Positions 1 through 12,003 of a DNA stretch of 64,000 bases are shown piece after piece. Position numbers and translations under genes: made by a program. Origin of the DNA: Ramazzottius varieornatus (Eukaryota > Animalia > Tardigrada); NCBI GenBank assembly GCA_001949185.1, contig BDGG01000002.1, forward strand, positions 3,159,826 through 3,223,825. Direction: 5' to 3'. Below the pieces are notes generated by a model. It was not told where the DNA came from. It did no database searches and saw only the letters and a program-made list of their open reading frames with translations. How positions within the stretch are numbered: the stretch's first letter is position 1; each line of letters opens with the position of its first letter.

Positions 1-3000
1 AAAAACATGGTCCGAAAATTGGGCCGCCGAAACCCACACGCTTGCAGAATTAAGCAAAAAAATGCACGGCTGTGACAGCGCCATAATTTTACAGAAGCAG
101 ACGTTCCTGTGTTCGCCAGGTGAGCGAGTAGTCCAACAAACGATATCAATTTACCTCTAGTGATTAACAGCGTTGTTTCCCTTGCTGCTCCGCATGTCAA
201 CGTCAGATCAGCGTTACTTGATCAGACTATTGGGAAATCAGCAACTGTTTTGTCTGTTGTTCGCACAGCACTGCCTCGGTAGACATTCTAAATAACAAAC
301 GGCGTTTCCCTACCTTACTCCCATGGGCTTCGACCTCTTTTAACAACATGGCAATGGCCGTGGCTGAACTAATGAGACATTTCCGCTGGACCACATTCAA
401 TTTCGTTTGCGACGTCAGCAAGGCGAACCTGTTCAACTCACTCCTCTTCGAAGTATTCAGCGGGATCATGAAGCAGGTCTTCCAGACCAGAGTGAAGGAT
501 ATCTCGATGAACTATCTTCAATTCGATTCATCAAAGCCGGCAACAATCATACCTGTACTCGAACGTTGCCGTCAAACAAGCGCAAGTATGGTCTGCTGGG
601 AATTAAAGCCTTTCCTATCCTGCTTAACGTTAACCGATCTTCCTGTAGTAATTCTAATTGCCTTGTCGGCCGAGGTGCACTACGAGCTCGTGCTGGTTGG
701 TGATCGACACCGTCAACAGTTTCTAGCGTATGCGGAACGCTTGAGGTAACAAGTCGTTTTTAATTTGTAGTGGAATGCAGCGAAAGCCGGGATGGTCAAT
801 GGAGAATACGTAAGCAGGACACAGTCCCAGACGCCATATTATCAAAATGAAACATGAATTGTTGGATCAAAGAAATTATTGCTTCTTGTTTGGGCAGGTT
901 TTCGTTCTGCTAGCCCTGAGTCGACAGCTAGACAATTGGACCACGCTGAACGATGTTAGTATCATCTTTAGATCATGTTCGTGCGATGGAAGCGTTACTG
1001 TAATCCAACAACGCCTTATTCGGGCAAGGCGAAACTGAGTCCAGCCTTTATTCTTTGCAGACCTTCTCGCGTCAAGTGTCCGAAGCCCTTTCGTACTCGT
1101 TACTTATGTCCTTTGATCACGTGAATGTGACTGCTTTCCGCCCTACCGCTGAAAAGATAAGGGCTTTCGCGTCAACAGTTTACCACTGGGCTTTGACCGA
1201 TGAAAATGAGGTCCGATCTTTCGTTAGCGTTGCTGAATTGTCTGCTCCGCACCATAGGTTCCCAGGATTGAATTTAATTTGTGCAGAAGAGGTAAGCCGG
1301 ATATACGTCATCAGTTTTCGACCAATGGGAAGAAACAAATGGATTCTTCCGGGTGTCTTGATGCAGGTCGATAGTACATGGTTCCTGAGGTGTAGGAAAA
1401 AAGAATCGAGCCGATCTGACGGTTAACTACACTTCAATGACCGGCCAAATGTTGTCGACTGGTGAAGCGTGAAATCCGTCTTACTATATGTTCACGGTGC
1501 TCGCTCGCGCACTCATAACGTAACCTCGAGAATGTAGGTAGTCGTTACTGAAGGAAAGAGTAAAGCCGCTGGAAGTGAACAAAGCTACACTGAACGCATG
1601 GTCAGCTTTGTTGGCGCATGGCAACACCTAAGCCAGTCTTTTTCTTGCACGTAGCTGTGAAAATATACGAAAGTGAACTAGTCGAAAGCTGTAAGAGCAA
1701 GCAAGATGCAAATCCAGAAGATTCTGGCAGGTTCGCTCAGATTTTCACGATGTTTGTATTCAGTCCTGGTTTGCTCGCAATGCCATAACGAGAATTCGAA
1801 TAACAACTTCTTGTTTCAAAAATTATGTTTTAATCGACTTGTGAATTTTAGTGTGTCTGGATATCAGAGAAACGGGGAATAATCTTATGTTATCATCAGA
1901 CATAATATGGAAATCCGAAACGATAAAATTCTGTAGAGATTTGTTAAGAGCTGTTTCCATAATGAAAGCGTGCTTATCAGTGAAAGCAGCGGATTTGTGA
2001 AAGTGCTTGCCAATAACAAATGGACGCGGAGTTAATACTCAAGCCTCTTGGACAGAAAAATTTGCGTTCGTTTGGCACTAATACCAGTACTTTTTTTGTA
2101 ATGAGTAACTATGCAGTATCTGCTTTGCTCTGTGAAACCGAACTTGTCATGCTGAAGCGTTCAGCTCGATCCAGTGCGTCGGTATTGCTCATTGTCGCTT
2201 GTCGCGTAACGGGTAACATGAAGATGCGCAGTGCTGTTGTTGATAAGTTTAATTATGTACAGGAAAACTAACCTTATAATACCATGATCCTGATTATAAG
2301 CACAGAAGGCTACACTGAGACACTATACCGTTTGGGAATAGTCGACCGGTCTTTAAAGTGTATTTAACCGTCAGATCGGCTCGATTCTTTTTTCCTACAC
2401 CTCAGGAACCATGCACTATCGACCTGCATCAAGACACCCGGAAGAATCCATTTTTTCTTCCCATTGGTCGAAAAAATGATGACGTATATCCAGCTTATAT
2501 ATATACCTCTTCTGCACAAATTAAATTCAATCCTGGGAACCTGTGCTCCGCACGCATAACATGATCCGTTTCTCGCGTTGTTCCCCAGGTGGCTCCAACC
2601 ATGGTGGCGGCCTACGAAACGGTTATGATGATATCCGCGGTACGTGCCCACTGCAACCTAAGTCGAGTAGGAGAGATGAGACAAGTGTGATTTACCGAAA
2701 TCTACCTGAACTAAATCAAACTGTTCGATTTGGTATGAGAAGTTACCACCACCGAGATTATCGGTGTGAGACTTACTCCGAAAAATCGATTCCGGTGTGC
2801 GTTCGCACCACAGCGGTACCGAATCGAAATTTTTTGGTAAATCGAAACATACCGAAAGACATAGAAAGATGAGAGTTTGACCAATTTTTCAGCGATCTCT
2901 AGTAAGTTTTCGGCTTACAGACTGTATTTCTACTAGCTAGTCAGACAGCCATCCGGTGGAGGAAAACCTCCCAACATCGAAGGACACGCCAAGCGTTGCA

Positions 3001-4130
3001 CGATTGCCTCGTTTTGCGCCAGTTTCATCTGTTTTTTTTCTCCGTTAATAAGAGAAACTTTTTCGGTTTACCGATTTTTCGGTGTGATTGGTTCGATAAA
3101 TCGAAATGTCGGTGTAACAACTTACCAAACCGACAATTTCGGTGTGGACCTCATACGTACCGAAATTTTCGGTACGGTGTGAGAATTTGCAAAATCGAAA
3201 TATACCAAACCGAACATAATCACACTTATCCCATTCCAATCGAGTAGCGTACAGCCCGATACTGTATATGCGGTAAACTTACACTGCAATCGGTTATTCA
3301 ACTAGATTTTGAACGAGACATACGACGAGCTCGGGAATATATCGGCGACCGCTTTCGCAAGAAAATTCTTCAACCGGAGCTTCGTCCTACCTTCACGTCC
3401 CATTTCAACTTCCGTAACTGGCGTAAGACTGAGCAACATATGGATCGGACAGCCCGACCAGTCGAACCTAACTGGTGCCTGGGAGATTCGAGTACGAGCC
3501 GGAGGTTTCTTTTACTGCACATGCCTTTCCCCTTTTACTGCTGTATTTCTTCCGGCTTTTCACAGGAAATTCACGAATATGATGCGGTCACTCAAAAGCT
3601 AAAAATGGTCGATCCCTCTTCTGTGGTTCATTGGAGCAACGGCGATTTTCCTCCTCCAGTCGTTCCGGTCTGCGGCTTCCATCACGAGACGTGCAGTCGT
3701 GAGTGTACGTGTGTCGCAAGTTCCCATGCGCATCTTTGCGAGCGCCGCATTCAGCTGACATGGGGTTTTACTTATAGTGTTTTGGGTTACGCCAACCATA
3801 ATCAGCCTGGTACTAGTGGCAGTGCTGATATCCTCGCTTGTAGTTGGGTAGGTATACGTCTAGGCTGCTCCATCGTTCACAACACGGAAAACAACGAAGC
3901 ACGCCAATGACTTTACGTCATTGGTCAGGCGATCAGTTGTTGTGACAGTTGTGGTGACACACAAAATTGTTTCCCACTCGTGTACCAAGTTGACGGAACG
4001 TTATCTCTGTAGTGGAATCCTATCGAGAAGAGAGAACGGCCAAGAGACGGATGTTTGGTATCTGCTGGATACTAGCTTGTTTCGATACAAGGATATGGCT
4101 CGCCTTCGGCTCGCACGTTATCTATGGTGA
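1..4130 (+). CDS. ANF/natriuretic-peptide-receptor-family ligand-binding domain protein with a single TM and short cytoplasmic tail (5' end outside window; multi-exon)
   Basis: Spliced exons read by eye give LNNKRRFPTL...AVAELMRHFRWTTFNFVCD (~270-585), VILIALSAEVHYELV, WNAAKAGMVNGEY, VFVLLAL, TFSRQVSEALSYSLL...DENE (1061-1210), VAPTMVAAYETVMMISA (2589-2639), ILNETY...FFNRSF (3306-~3485), HWSNGDFPPPVVPVCGF, TM IISLVLVAVLISSLVVG, then GILSRRENGQETDVWYLLD...YLW* (TGA 4128-4130). These motifs are typical of receptor guanylyl cyclase/NPR ectodomains. Confidence 0.75.
1253..2545. mobile_element. Non-autonomous hAT-like element (copy 1) with ~185-bp TIRs, in an intron
   Basis: Ends are CATAGGTTCCCAGGATTGAATTTAATTTGTGCAGAAGAGG... 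and ...CCTCTTCTGCACAAATTAAATTCAATCCTGGGAACCTGTG. Perfect 8-bp TSD CTCCGCAC at 1245-1252 and 2546-2553. No transposase ORF. Confidence 0.9.
2670..3237. mobile_element. Mutator-like MITE in an intron
   Basis: Imperfect TIRs GGAGAGATGAGACAAGTGTGATT / AATCACACTTATCCCATTCC. 9-bp flanking duplication AGTCGAGTA (2661-2669) / AATCGAGTA (3238-3246). Subterminal ACCGAAA/TTTCGGT motifs. Confidence 0.65.
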
Positions 4131-4487
4131 CGGCAAGCTCGCTCTTCTTCTGAGCGAAGGCTTACTTTGTAACGATGACCGGAAGTATATGAAGGTCGCT
4201 TCGTCCGCATCAGAATTGTTTGAACATCCGTGCCGAACCCAAGAACCTAAATCGGTTAATACTGCACTGGTCATACATTACCCTGATTTCTGTCCAAAAC
4301 ACCGCCGCTTCGGAAAGCGACTACGAGGGGCGGAGAGATCTCAGCGTAGCAGCGTTTTCTATGCTTAATTGTCTGATCTTTAACTTCGCGCGACATCCCT
4401 GTCTCTTTCAAGGATCACATCTCACTAATGTGGCTACTGTTCTGTCTCATGAGAGTTTGAAAAGAATGAGAACAAGTTATTCTTAAT

Positions 4488-5230
4488 TCAGACACCAAGA
4501 AAGAGGAGTTTAAGGCAGGAAAAAAACGAGATCGAGACTTGTGATCACCACGCCGTAATTTTCGACTTGTGATCTTGCCTGTTACCTCGTAGACCTGGCA
4601 AAAGTGTGGTGTGGTGGTTTTAAATTTGGTGTTCTTCCACACCGAAAATTTTTTTCGGTGAATCGGTCACCACTCTTTTGGTGCATCGCACCACAAAGCC
4701 GAAAAATCGAAGAAGCAAAACATGTAGTTGGTAACCTCTAGGAAGCTTAGCTTTGCGTAGCAAAGATGTACAAACATAAACCGAATGCTCAGAAGACACA
4801 CAGGAGAGCTAAACCTGGCGTCAGCGTGCGTAGTTCTACTGGTCCTGTCGGTTCTCACTGCTTGTTTCGCCGACAGAGAGCCGTCAGCGCACCATGCTTC
4901 TCCTTAGCCCACGATCCTCCTATGAATTGGTGCACCAAAAGTGTTTAGGTTTGGTGCGATGTGGTGTTTTGCGCACACTGAAACAAAAAAGTATAGTTTT
5001 TTCGGTGTGGTTTGGTGAAAGCGCTTCATTGCCAGGCCCAAAAGCGGCACACAGAGCCCGCGGAGGTTCATTTTAGAGAAGGTTCGGAGAAAGTAATCAC
5101 AGCCGCGAACACGGTCACACGGAGTCACCGACGCGCCAACTCGGACACTCTTCCGACTTTCGTCACACTACGAGGTAAACGTCACAATTCGGGCGAGCCA
5201 GTTTTCCCGTCACAATTTGGGCGGTCTGTA
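4488..5230. repeat. Degenerate inverted-repeat element(s)
   Basis: CCACACCGAAAA/TTTTCGGTGTGG, CATCGCACCA/TGGTGCGATG and TTGTGA/GTCACAA motifs occur in opposite orientation. Ends are not clearly defined. Confidence 0.35.
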
Positions 5231-5334
5231 TCTCAGCTGTTTCTGTTCCAAACTGCCTAGTTTTTGCTTCCCAGGGTAGAACATCCTCTCTTCTGTCTCT
5301 TGTGATAGGTGAAAGATCGGAAGATGTCAAAGAG

Positions 5335-5384
5335 NNNNNNNNNNNNNNNNNNNNNNNNNNNNNNNNNNNNNNNNNNNNNNNNNN
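5335..5384. other. Assembly gap (50 N)
   Basis: Run of n characters. Confidence 0.99.
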
Positions 5385-5492
5385 ATCCTACATCTTTTGG
5401 GGATTTTCGACGGCCATAAGTCTTAGATCACGAGGCGGGACAACTTAGCTGTATCAGAAAGTTATGATCAGCTCTTGATCATCCCGCTACCG

Positions 5493-5830
5493 GGGAAGAT
5501 CAGCTGATAGAATCTTTGATCCTCACTATGTATGGCCCTGTACATGGTCGCACGCGTGGATCAACCCCGGGTATGCAGAACGCGCGTAGGCCGGCTAAAC
5601 AACGATCAGCTGTCAATCAGTCGAACGTACTTGCTACGACTCACCACAATCAGGAAATGAATGGCACGATAACATGACCGTGTGATATTTGGGAGTCACG
5701 GTCGACTGATTGACAGCTGGTCGTTGATTAGCCGGCCTACGCGTTCTGCCTACCCGCTGTTAATCTACGCGTGCGACCATGTACAGGGCAATATATAATA
5801 AGGATCTAAGATCCTATCAGTTGATCTTCC
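5493..5830. mobile_element. Foldback/palindromic MITE
   Basis: GGAAGATCAGCTGATAG...GCCCTGTACATGGTCGCACGCG...CAGCTGTCAATCAGTCGA pairs with TCGACTGATTGACAGCTG...CGCGTGCGACCATGTACAGGGC...CTATCAGTTGATCTTCC over ~130 bp per arm. Confidence 0.8.
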
Positions 5831-7349
5831 TCGATCATCGCACGACCTCGGTTTGAGTTTGACCAGAGGAGAATACGTGTCGCATCTTGCTCGCCAGGCA
5901 GCCACGCCCGATGTTATATCACTGCACAGCATTCCACACAGCATTTTACAAAACATTTCTTGTGGACAGTTATCGTAATTTCCGATTACTCTAATTCGTA
6001 ATTGAAAACCGTCAAATTTGACGGTTTTGGAATTCCGATACAACAATTCAAATTACAGATTCTCGGTTAGCCATTTCGATATTAATCGGAATGGAATCGG
6101 AATTCCAGGAACGCGACGATATTTTAATGCACAATCGAAACCCAAGATATTGGTAATTCGAATAATAACCGTCAGCGAGAAGCACGCGAAATGCACGTCC
6201 ATGTACCATTTCCCCCTTATGAAGCACCGACAGTGCTTGACTGAGTGACTAGCGGTGCGCAGGTACATGCTAGAAAGCCGTGCTAGATTACAGTGCCTAC
6301 GTAGTGCTTCTCGCAGTTCGTCCTCGTGCGCGCACCCAACACCCGGTGGGTCTCTCTAGGGTTCTGTTTCTGGTCTGGGGTTCAAAATTACGCTTACACG
6401 ACGTACCGCAGCTCCTCGTAAAGCATAACAGTCCGTACTAATGGCAATCGTCCGTACTGGATACCTCGGGAACGACGTACTCTACGCCGAATATGAGAGC
6501 GCCATTCCAGACGCTTAGCCATCCCACGTGTGGTACCGAAGACAAACGGCAGGTTTATGGAAACTGAAATCCCAACAGTGTCGCAATGATTCAAATAACT
6601 TCAATTGTTATCGGAAGTCGTATTTGATTTAATCGTAATTGATAATCCAGCCACGACAGCTATCTGCAATTCAAATTGCTGCTGCGCGACGAATTTTTAT
6701 TAATCGTACCTGTAATTGAGATTGAAAAAGTCATTTCGGAACCATAGTGCTTGTGGGTGCAGTGGAGCCTCTAAGCGTACCCCAGGAGATTCTTGTAGAG
6801 CTCTAGAGCTGCGATAAGCGATGCCGCTACTTCGTAATGCCAGCAAAATCCTAGGTTAAGAAGGAGGAGGCTAAACCGGAGTGATTCAAGATAAACTGAA
6901 CTCCTGGTGACGGAATATGTACTTTCTGCTTCGATGCTGTACTCACCTTCTACAGCATCCATCATTCCAAACATGAACATTACATACATGAACCATACAC
7001 GAACCCGTTATGTGAAATCCATGTTGCATAGACATAAAGGTCACATATACGAACCTTTACTGAACCCAAAATGCACCTAGAATGCTCTGGGTTGATGTGA
7101 TTTTACCAAAAACGATCACATTCTTTCCTGTACTACTTCTGAAAGTGCTGATGCGGACTTCGGTGTGGACGAAGGAATACTCTAATCCTATTGGCGCTAC
7201 GGTTTCCTTCTGTTTCGGTTGTACGGTCGATCACGTAATGAATATTCGCTCCGCCTCGATATTCGCGTAGTGCAATGGCTGCAGTCAATCTACCTTCCGG
7301 CAAGGCGAGGTACAACAGCTCATCTTTGGTTCGGCTATAGAATTCGAAT

Positions 7350-7512
7350 GGGGTTGTTAGAAACCAATCCACCTACGGATGGATCCGGATCCTTCCGGAT
7401 AGAATTCGGATTGGATGGGCTTCCCAACCATCCAGCCGCCAGCCGGATAGGGATGCCAACCATCCGCTTCGGATCCGGATAGGATGTCCATCCAACCAAT
7501 CCTTTATCCGGT
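7350..7512. repeat. GGAT/ATCC(GG)-rich repeat tract, probably a MITE subterminal array
   Basis: Many ATCCGGAT/GGATGG/CCATCC units. No matching opposite end was identified. Confidence 0.45.
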
Positions 7513-7959
7513 TAGAAAACGAGCAAGATCAGTTCAACCTCTCAGAATGCAACAATCAGTAAAACCGTTTAGCCTTCAGTGCGGTTCGGATTGCGATTGA
7601 TCTGTTAGCTCCTTCTGTATAACAGGGGCTGCACTTGGGTATGCGCAACTTGAGACGCGACGTGGGGTCGGATTTGATCCATTCCGGATGCAAATTCACG
7701 GTTTCACAAGGTGAAACCGTTATCCGGTTGCCGTAGATGGAATTTTGGGGCCGTCCGTAACAAAAACTGAGCTTGTAAACCAACAAGGAAGTATCGGTGG
7801 CGATATTCGGCTGCAGATGCTTCAGGTGGCTCGTCTCTCGTTTATATAGCCGGAATCATCATTCTTTTGAACCACAAATCCATAAGATAGATGGGACTTT
7901 TCATTACCAACCATTCTGACCGGAAAAGCAGAAAATTTTCTCACGAAAGGGAATTTCTC

Positions 7960-8278
7960 TTTTGGTGATATCCTTGAATCTTTCAAGAAACGTCTGTGTG
8001 AGTTTCGACGACGTGTAAGGTAAAGGGCGTTTTTCGTCTCGAACTTTGTTGAGGCTGGCTTAATTCGATCCAAATTAGCCAAATTCGATCCCGGATTACT
8101 GCAAAGTAGTTGCAAAACCGCAATTTTGTCTTGAGGACAGATTTGGTGTAGAAACAACAAGTGACTGTCGAGTATTGTGTCGAGATCCGGGAAATTCCCA
8201 CGAAAACGCCCTTTACCTAACACCTCGTCGAAAATCACCCAGACGTCTCTCAGAAGATCCAAGGATATCACCGAAAAC
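7960..8278. repeat. Inverted repeat pair (~80-bp arms), MITE remnant
   Basis: GGTGATATCCTTGAATCTT...GGTAAAGGGCGTTTTTCGT (7965-8038) pairs with ACGAAAACGCCCTTTACC...GATCCAAGGATATCACC (8200-8272). Confidence 0.7.
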
Positions 8279-9907
8279 CACAATATTTGCCACATCTTGT
8301 GGCTGTTTTCGATTGGCCACTAACCATCTCTGTAATCGGTATTTAAGTCTCAAAAGAGAAGCAGTTTTGGTCTATTTTCGAAGTTTTTTGCCGATTTAGT
8401 TTATTGATTGCTGGTGGCGGGCATGACCTCACTGTAAAGACCAGGACGTAGATATCGAAGATACTTTGAAGTAAGAGAATCGGACTTTTTGATGAGGAGC
8501 TACAACGATTTTAGCAGAAGAGAAGGGGGCGAATGAATTTTTGAGCAACTGTAGCAGAGAGACTAGAGGTGGCAGAGGAATGCGGACGTATGTCACGCCA
8601 GTCTTTAACGATAAAGTCATTGCCGGACTAGCGACCATCGAAAGTTGGGGTCAAATGGATGACCTTGGATGACCATGGATGACCTTTAGCTGCTTGGACA
8701 AACCGACAGTTCGGCCTTACCTGACAGGTCTAGTGGTTGCCCATTAACTATGTATGCAGGTACATGAAGCGCCTGCGTTTGTGGCGTAGGTCTGGCAAGC
8801 ACCTAAATACGGCTCACTGCAGAGCTGCTACCGTAGGTAAGTATTGAACCATGTGGGCAAACGAACGTGGCTTATGGGTGAGCAAGGCACGTGACACATA
8901 AAGCACTTCTGAATGAATTCACCAGGTTATTGCGTAAGGAGCTAACCCGGGAATTGGGTTGGAAGTTACAAGCGGCAACCTAAAGCAACGTGAAGACTGT
9001 GTGGTGCATGAATCGGCACGCGCAACGGTCAAATACGATACGCGCAGCTGTGCTCGATTAGTGAATGAAACACTAGCTTTAGTCGGACAACATGCATCAG
9101 ACGTGGTCTCTGATGCGCGTCTCCGGCTGGAGTGCGTTGCTGACGCCAAGATTTCCCGATAAAACCCCTGTGATTTCTGATTTATTAGCTCGAGTCTTTC
9201 GAGCATTCGTTCTGGTTTCATCACCGCGGCAAAGTGCGGTAAATTGAACCTACAGTCGGAGAGATTAGAGGAGGTAGAGGAACCGCTGAATATACCGTAG
9301 AGGCGCAAAACACGGAAGCGGTAGAGGCACCTACCGCTACGGCGAACAACACCATTGGCCGGTACGCGCAGAGGCCACGCCCCGGCAGAGTCGGTCACAC
9401 TACGGTTACTCGACTGATAAATTGATAAGATTCCTAGGTTATACAGCGTCGAAGCACGATGATATGGAACCGTGCGAACTCAACAGCACACTGCAAAGCT
9501 AACGTTCACCAGTAATCCGATCGTTCACAGGTGACGAGGAGAAAGCAGCAGGTGGAAGGAAGCTAAGAAGCTTCGTCGAGCACGGGATGGAAATGACAGA
9601 TGGAATGAACCAGAGAGATAGGAAACGACTGGGGATGAAGTGACGGTAGGGTGTGAGCTGGAGTCAGACTTAATGGATGTGAACTTTTGGAGAAGCATGA
9701 GATCCTGCTTTGTTAGAGCTAGGATGGGACTTATTTTCTTCGCTGCTGCTGCCGCTGCTGCTGCCGCTGCTGCTATCGCTGTCTTTCTCTTGCTCGAAAA
9801 AGATCTTGGCTTTCTTCTCGACCTTGACCTTGACAGGCTCACCTTTCAGCTTTTTAGAATCTGAGTGGGCCGGGCACCACCGTTCCACTGCTCGACGCGT
9901 CCCCAGT

Positions 9908-10299
9908 TAATGATGAGCATTACATTGTACATAACATTACATTTTACATTACAATTACACTTTTACACGACATTACAACCACCGGAAAGTTGTAATTAAA
10001 TGTAAAATGTAATTACAACTTTTAAAAGCCAGACTTACGTGCGAAAATTTCAGAAACCTCCTGAATATGGTCATTTTGTAACCGCAGTTTTACCTATTTC
10101 TGGAAGACAATTAGTAAGATCTATATTTTATGCAAACGCAGACATAGCTGGTTTATCGTTCTCGTCGTTCCCTACCATTCTTAACCACCCGGTTTGTAAA
10201 ATATAAACTGGTGTAAGATGTAATTACACTTTTACAACTACAGTATTTTACATCACAATTTACATTACACGGACCATCTACGTGTAATGTTCATCATTA
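9908..10299. mobile_element. hAT-like MITE with internal ATTACA/TGTAA arrays
   Basis: TIRs TAATGATGAGCATTACA / TGTAATGTTCATCATTA. 8-bp TSD TCCCCAGT (9900-9907) / TCCCCGGT (10300-10307). Confidence 0.8.
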
Positions 10300-10873
10300 T
10301 CCCCGGTAGACCAGTCACCAGACGGACAAAGGCGGTAAAAAGCTGTACTAAGTGCTTCGAACCGGGATACTTCGCAGTGCGAGAGTGCGCCGCGTACGCA
10401 TCACTAAACTATGTGGTAGAGTTCGTGGTGACTCAACATATAGTGTTTTTCGCTTTCAGCAATGTGAGTTCACCAACTCACACTGGCTTTCAGCAAGCCA
10501 TGTCAAAGTGGAGCCCATATTCAGCAATCAGCAACTCGTCTGATTCGTCTCTGCTTTTCGCTCATCTATTCCTTCGCGTGAGATTGAAGGAGACGGTACA
10601 TAGATCTTGGTTCGTTGTCGTATGACAGCAACGAACTGGAGAAGGTGAGACGGGACACATCTAGGTGTCTCGATCGTGAAATTCAAGGTACCGTAAATGA
10701 CGCTCTGCATTTTCTTACTTTCGAATCTGACTGTGTCATTGGGTTTGCGTTGGATTACTATAGTCGAGCGCAGTATGGCACTCTTATCAATCATATTCAG
10801 GTTCTTACTTAGCGGTCGGTTGATTGTTGATTTTCCAGGTGGCTTATTTTTCGGTAACTCTTTTTCCCCAAAG

Positions 10874-11404
10874 ATGGTCCAAGTTCAGACAGAGCTCGGT
10901 GGGATCACGAAACACAACCTGAAGATGGTAAAGCGGCTCAACCAAGTCATTTTTCCGGTTTCCTACAATGACCAGTTCTACAACGATCTCCTCAAGGCCG
11001 GCGATATGGCCAAGCTGGCTTTCTACAACGACTTGGCCGTCGGAGCAGTCTGCTGTCGTCCTGAAACACCTGCTGCCGTCACTGCACCTCCGTTTTCTGA
11101 AGGTAAACGACTATACATCATGACGCTCGGATGCCTGGCACCTTACAGAAGGCACAAGATCGGGACGCTGATGCTGGAACATGTGCTGGCGCTGTGTCAG
11201 AAGGAAGGTTACACAGCAGTGACACTCCATGTGCAAGTGAATAACGAGGCTGCCTTGGACTTCTACAAGAAGTCAGGCTTCGAAGTGATCAGTAAATCAG
11301 ACCAGTATTACAAGAGGATTGAACCTGCGGATGCTTTCCTGCTGGAGAAGAAAATCGTTCCTACAAAGAATAGCGATTCATCTACGAACAAAGCAGCTGC
11401 ATAG
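10874..11404 (+). CDS. NAA50: N-alpha-acetyltransferase 50 (NatE catalytic subunit, San)
   Basis: Motifs LNQVIFPVSYNDQFY, LAFYNDLAVGAVCCR, LYIMTLGCLAPYRRHKIGT, LHVQVNNEAALDFYKKSGF and YYKRIEPADA. The ATG is at 10874; the upstream ORF extension is probably UTR or intron. Confidence 0.95.
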   Translation: MVQVQTELGGITKHNLKMVKRLNQVIFPVSYNDQFYNDLLKAGDMAKLAFYNDLAVGAVCCRPETPAAVTAPPFSEGKRLYIMTLGCLAPYRRHKIGTLMLEHVLALCQKEGYTAVTLHVQVNNEAALDFYKKSGFEVISKSDQYYKRIEPADAFLLEKKIVPTKNSDSSTNKAAA

Positions 11405-11695
11405 AAGTCTTCGTCCCGCATTTTCAAGTCGCTGTTGGATTAGCTTCTTTGTACTGTTCTTCTCAGCTTCAAACCGGATGAAATGTTTTACAAACCTAGT
11501 AGAATACTAAGTCTTCAAGTTAAATTTTCACTCTTGAAAAAGTGCTGATATGCTGTATCCAGATTGAAGTTTCGGGCAGAATGTTGGCAGGAAGTTATGA
11601 TACCGTACCAGCATATCATCACTACGTCACTGCTGTCTGGCAGTCTTCCGAGCTGACCAAGCTGGAAGCGCTCACGCTTTTGTGGCTTCACCAAC

Positions 11696-12003
11696 TATGG
11701 TGAGCCGGGCGATTAAAAAGTCCACAGTACTTTTACCGCGGGTGCATGCGCGGAGAAACTCCATGCGCGGTGAGATACTTTTTCCGCGCGTCCACCCGCG
11801 GACNNNNNNNNNNNNNNNNNNNNNNNNNNNNNNNNNNNNNNNNNNNNNNNNNNATGGATGCGCAGAAAACTAGTTTCTCCGCGCGTACACCCGCGGTGAA
11901 ACTCTCGTCATAGTCCGCGGGTGGATGCGCGGAAAAAGCATTTCACCGCGCATGCACCCGCGGTAAAAGTACTGTGGACTTTTGAATCGCCCGGCTCACC
12001 ATA
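11696..12003. mobile_element. Non-autonomous TIR element with TAT...ATA ends and a 6-bp TSD (IS3EU-like); spans an assembly gap
   Basis: TATGGTGAGCCGGGCGATTAAAAAGTCCACAGTACTTTTACCGCGGGTGCATGCGCGG pairs with ...GTACTGTGGACTTTTGAATCGCCCGGCTCACCATA. ACCAAC is duplicated at 11690-11695 and 12004-12009. Internal CCGCG repeats. Confidence 0.8.
11804..11853. other. Assembly gap (50 N)
   Basis: Run of n characters inside a GC-rich inverted repeat. Confidence 0.99.

Noticed and set aside
2020-2271. Identical 83-aa ORFs at 2020-2271 and 20445-20696
   Set aside because: They lie inside the duplicated hAT element and have no recognisable domain. The identity reflects recent copying, not selection.
3848-3870. 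Apparent premature stops after the receptor TM segment
   Set aside because: They fall in a GT-AG intron. Splicing restores the frame, so the gene is not called a pseudogene.
8655-8684. Three tandem (A/T)TGGATGACC 10-mers; also GAGGAAACTAC repeats at ~40210-40260
   Set aside because: Short tandem repeats with no spacers or associated genes. Not CRISPR-like, and the DNA is eukaryotic.
10697-10873. N-terminal hydrophobic extension of the NAA50 ORF
   Set aside because: Homology starts at the Met at 10874, which follows a pyrimidine-rich AG acceptor-like sequence.
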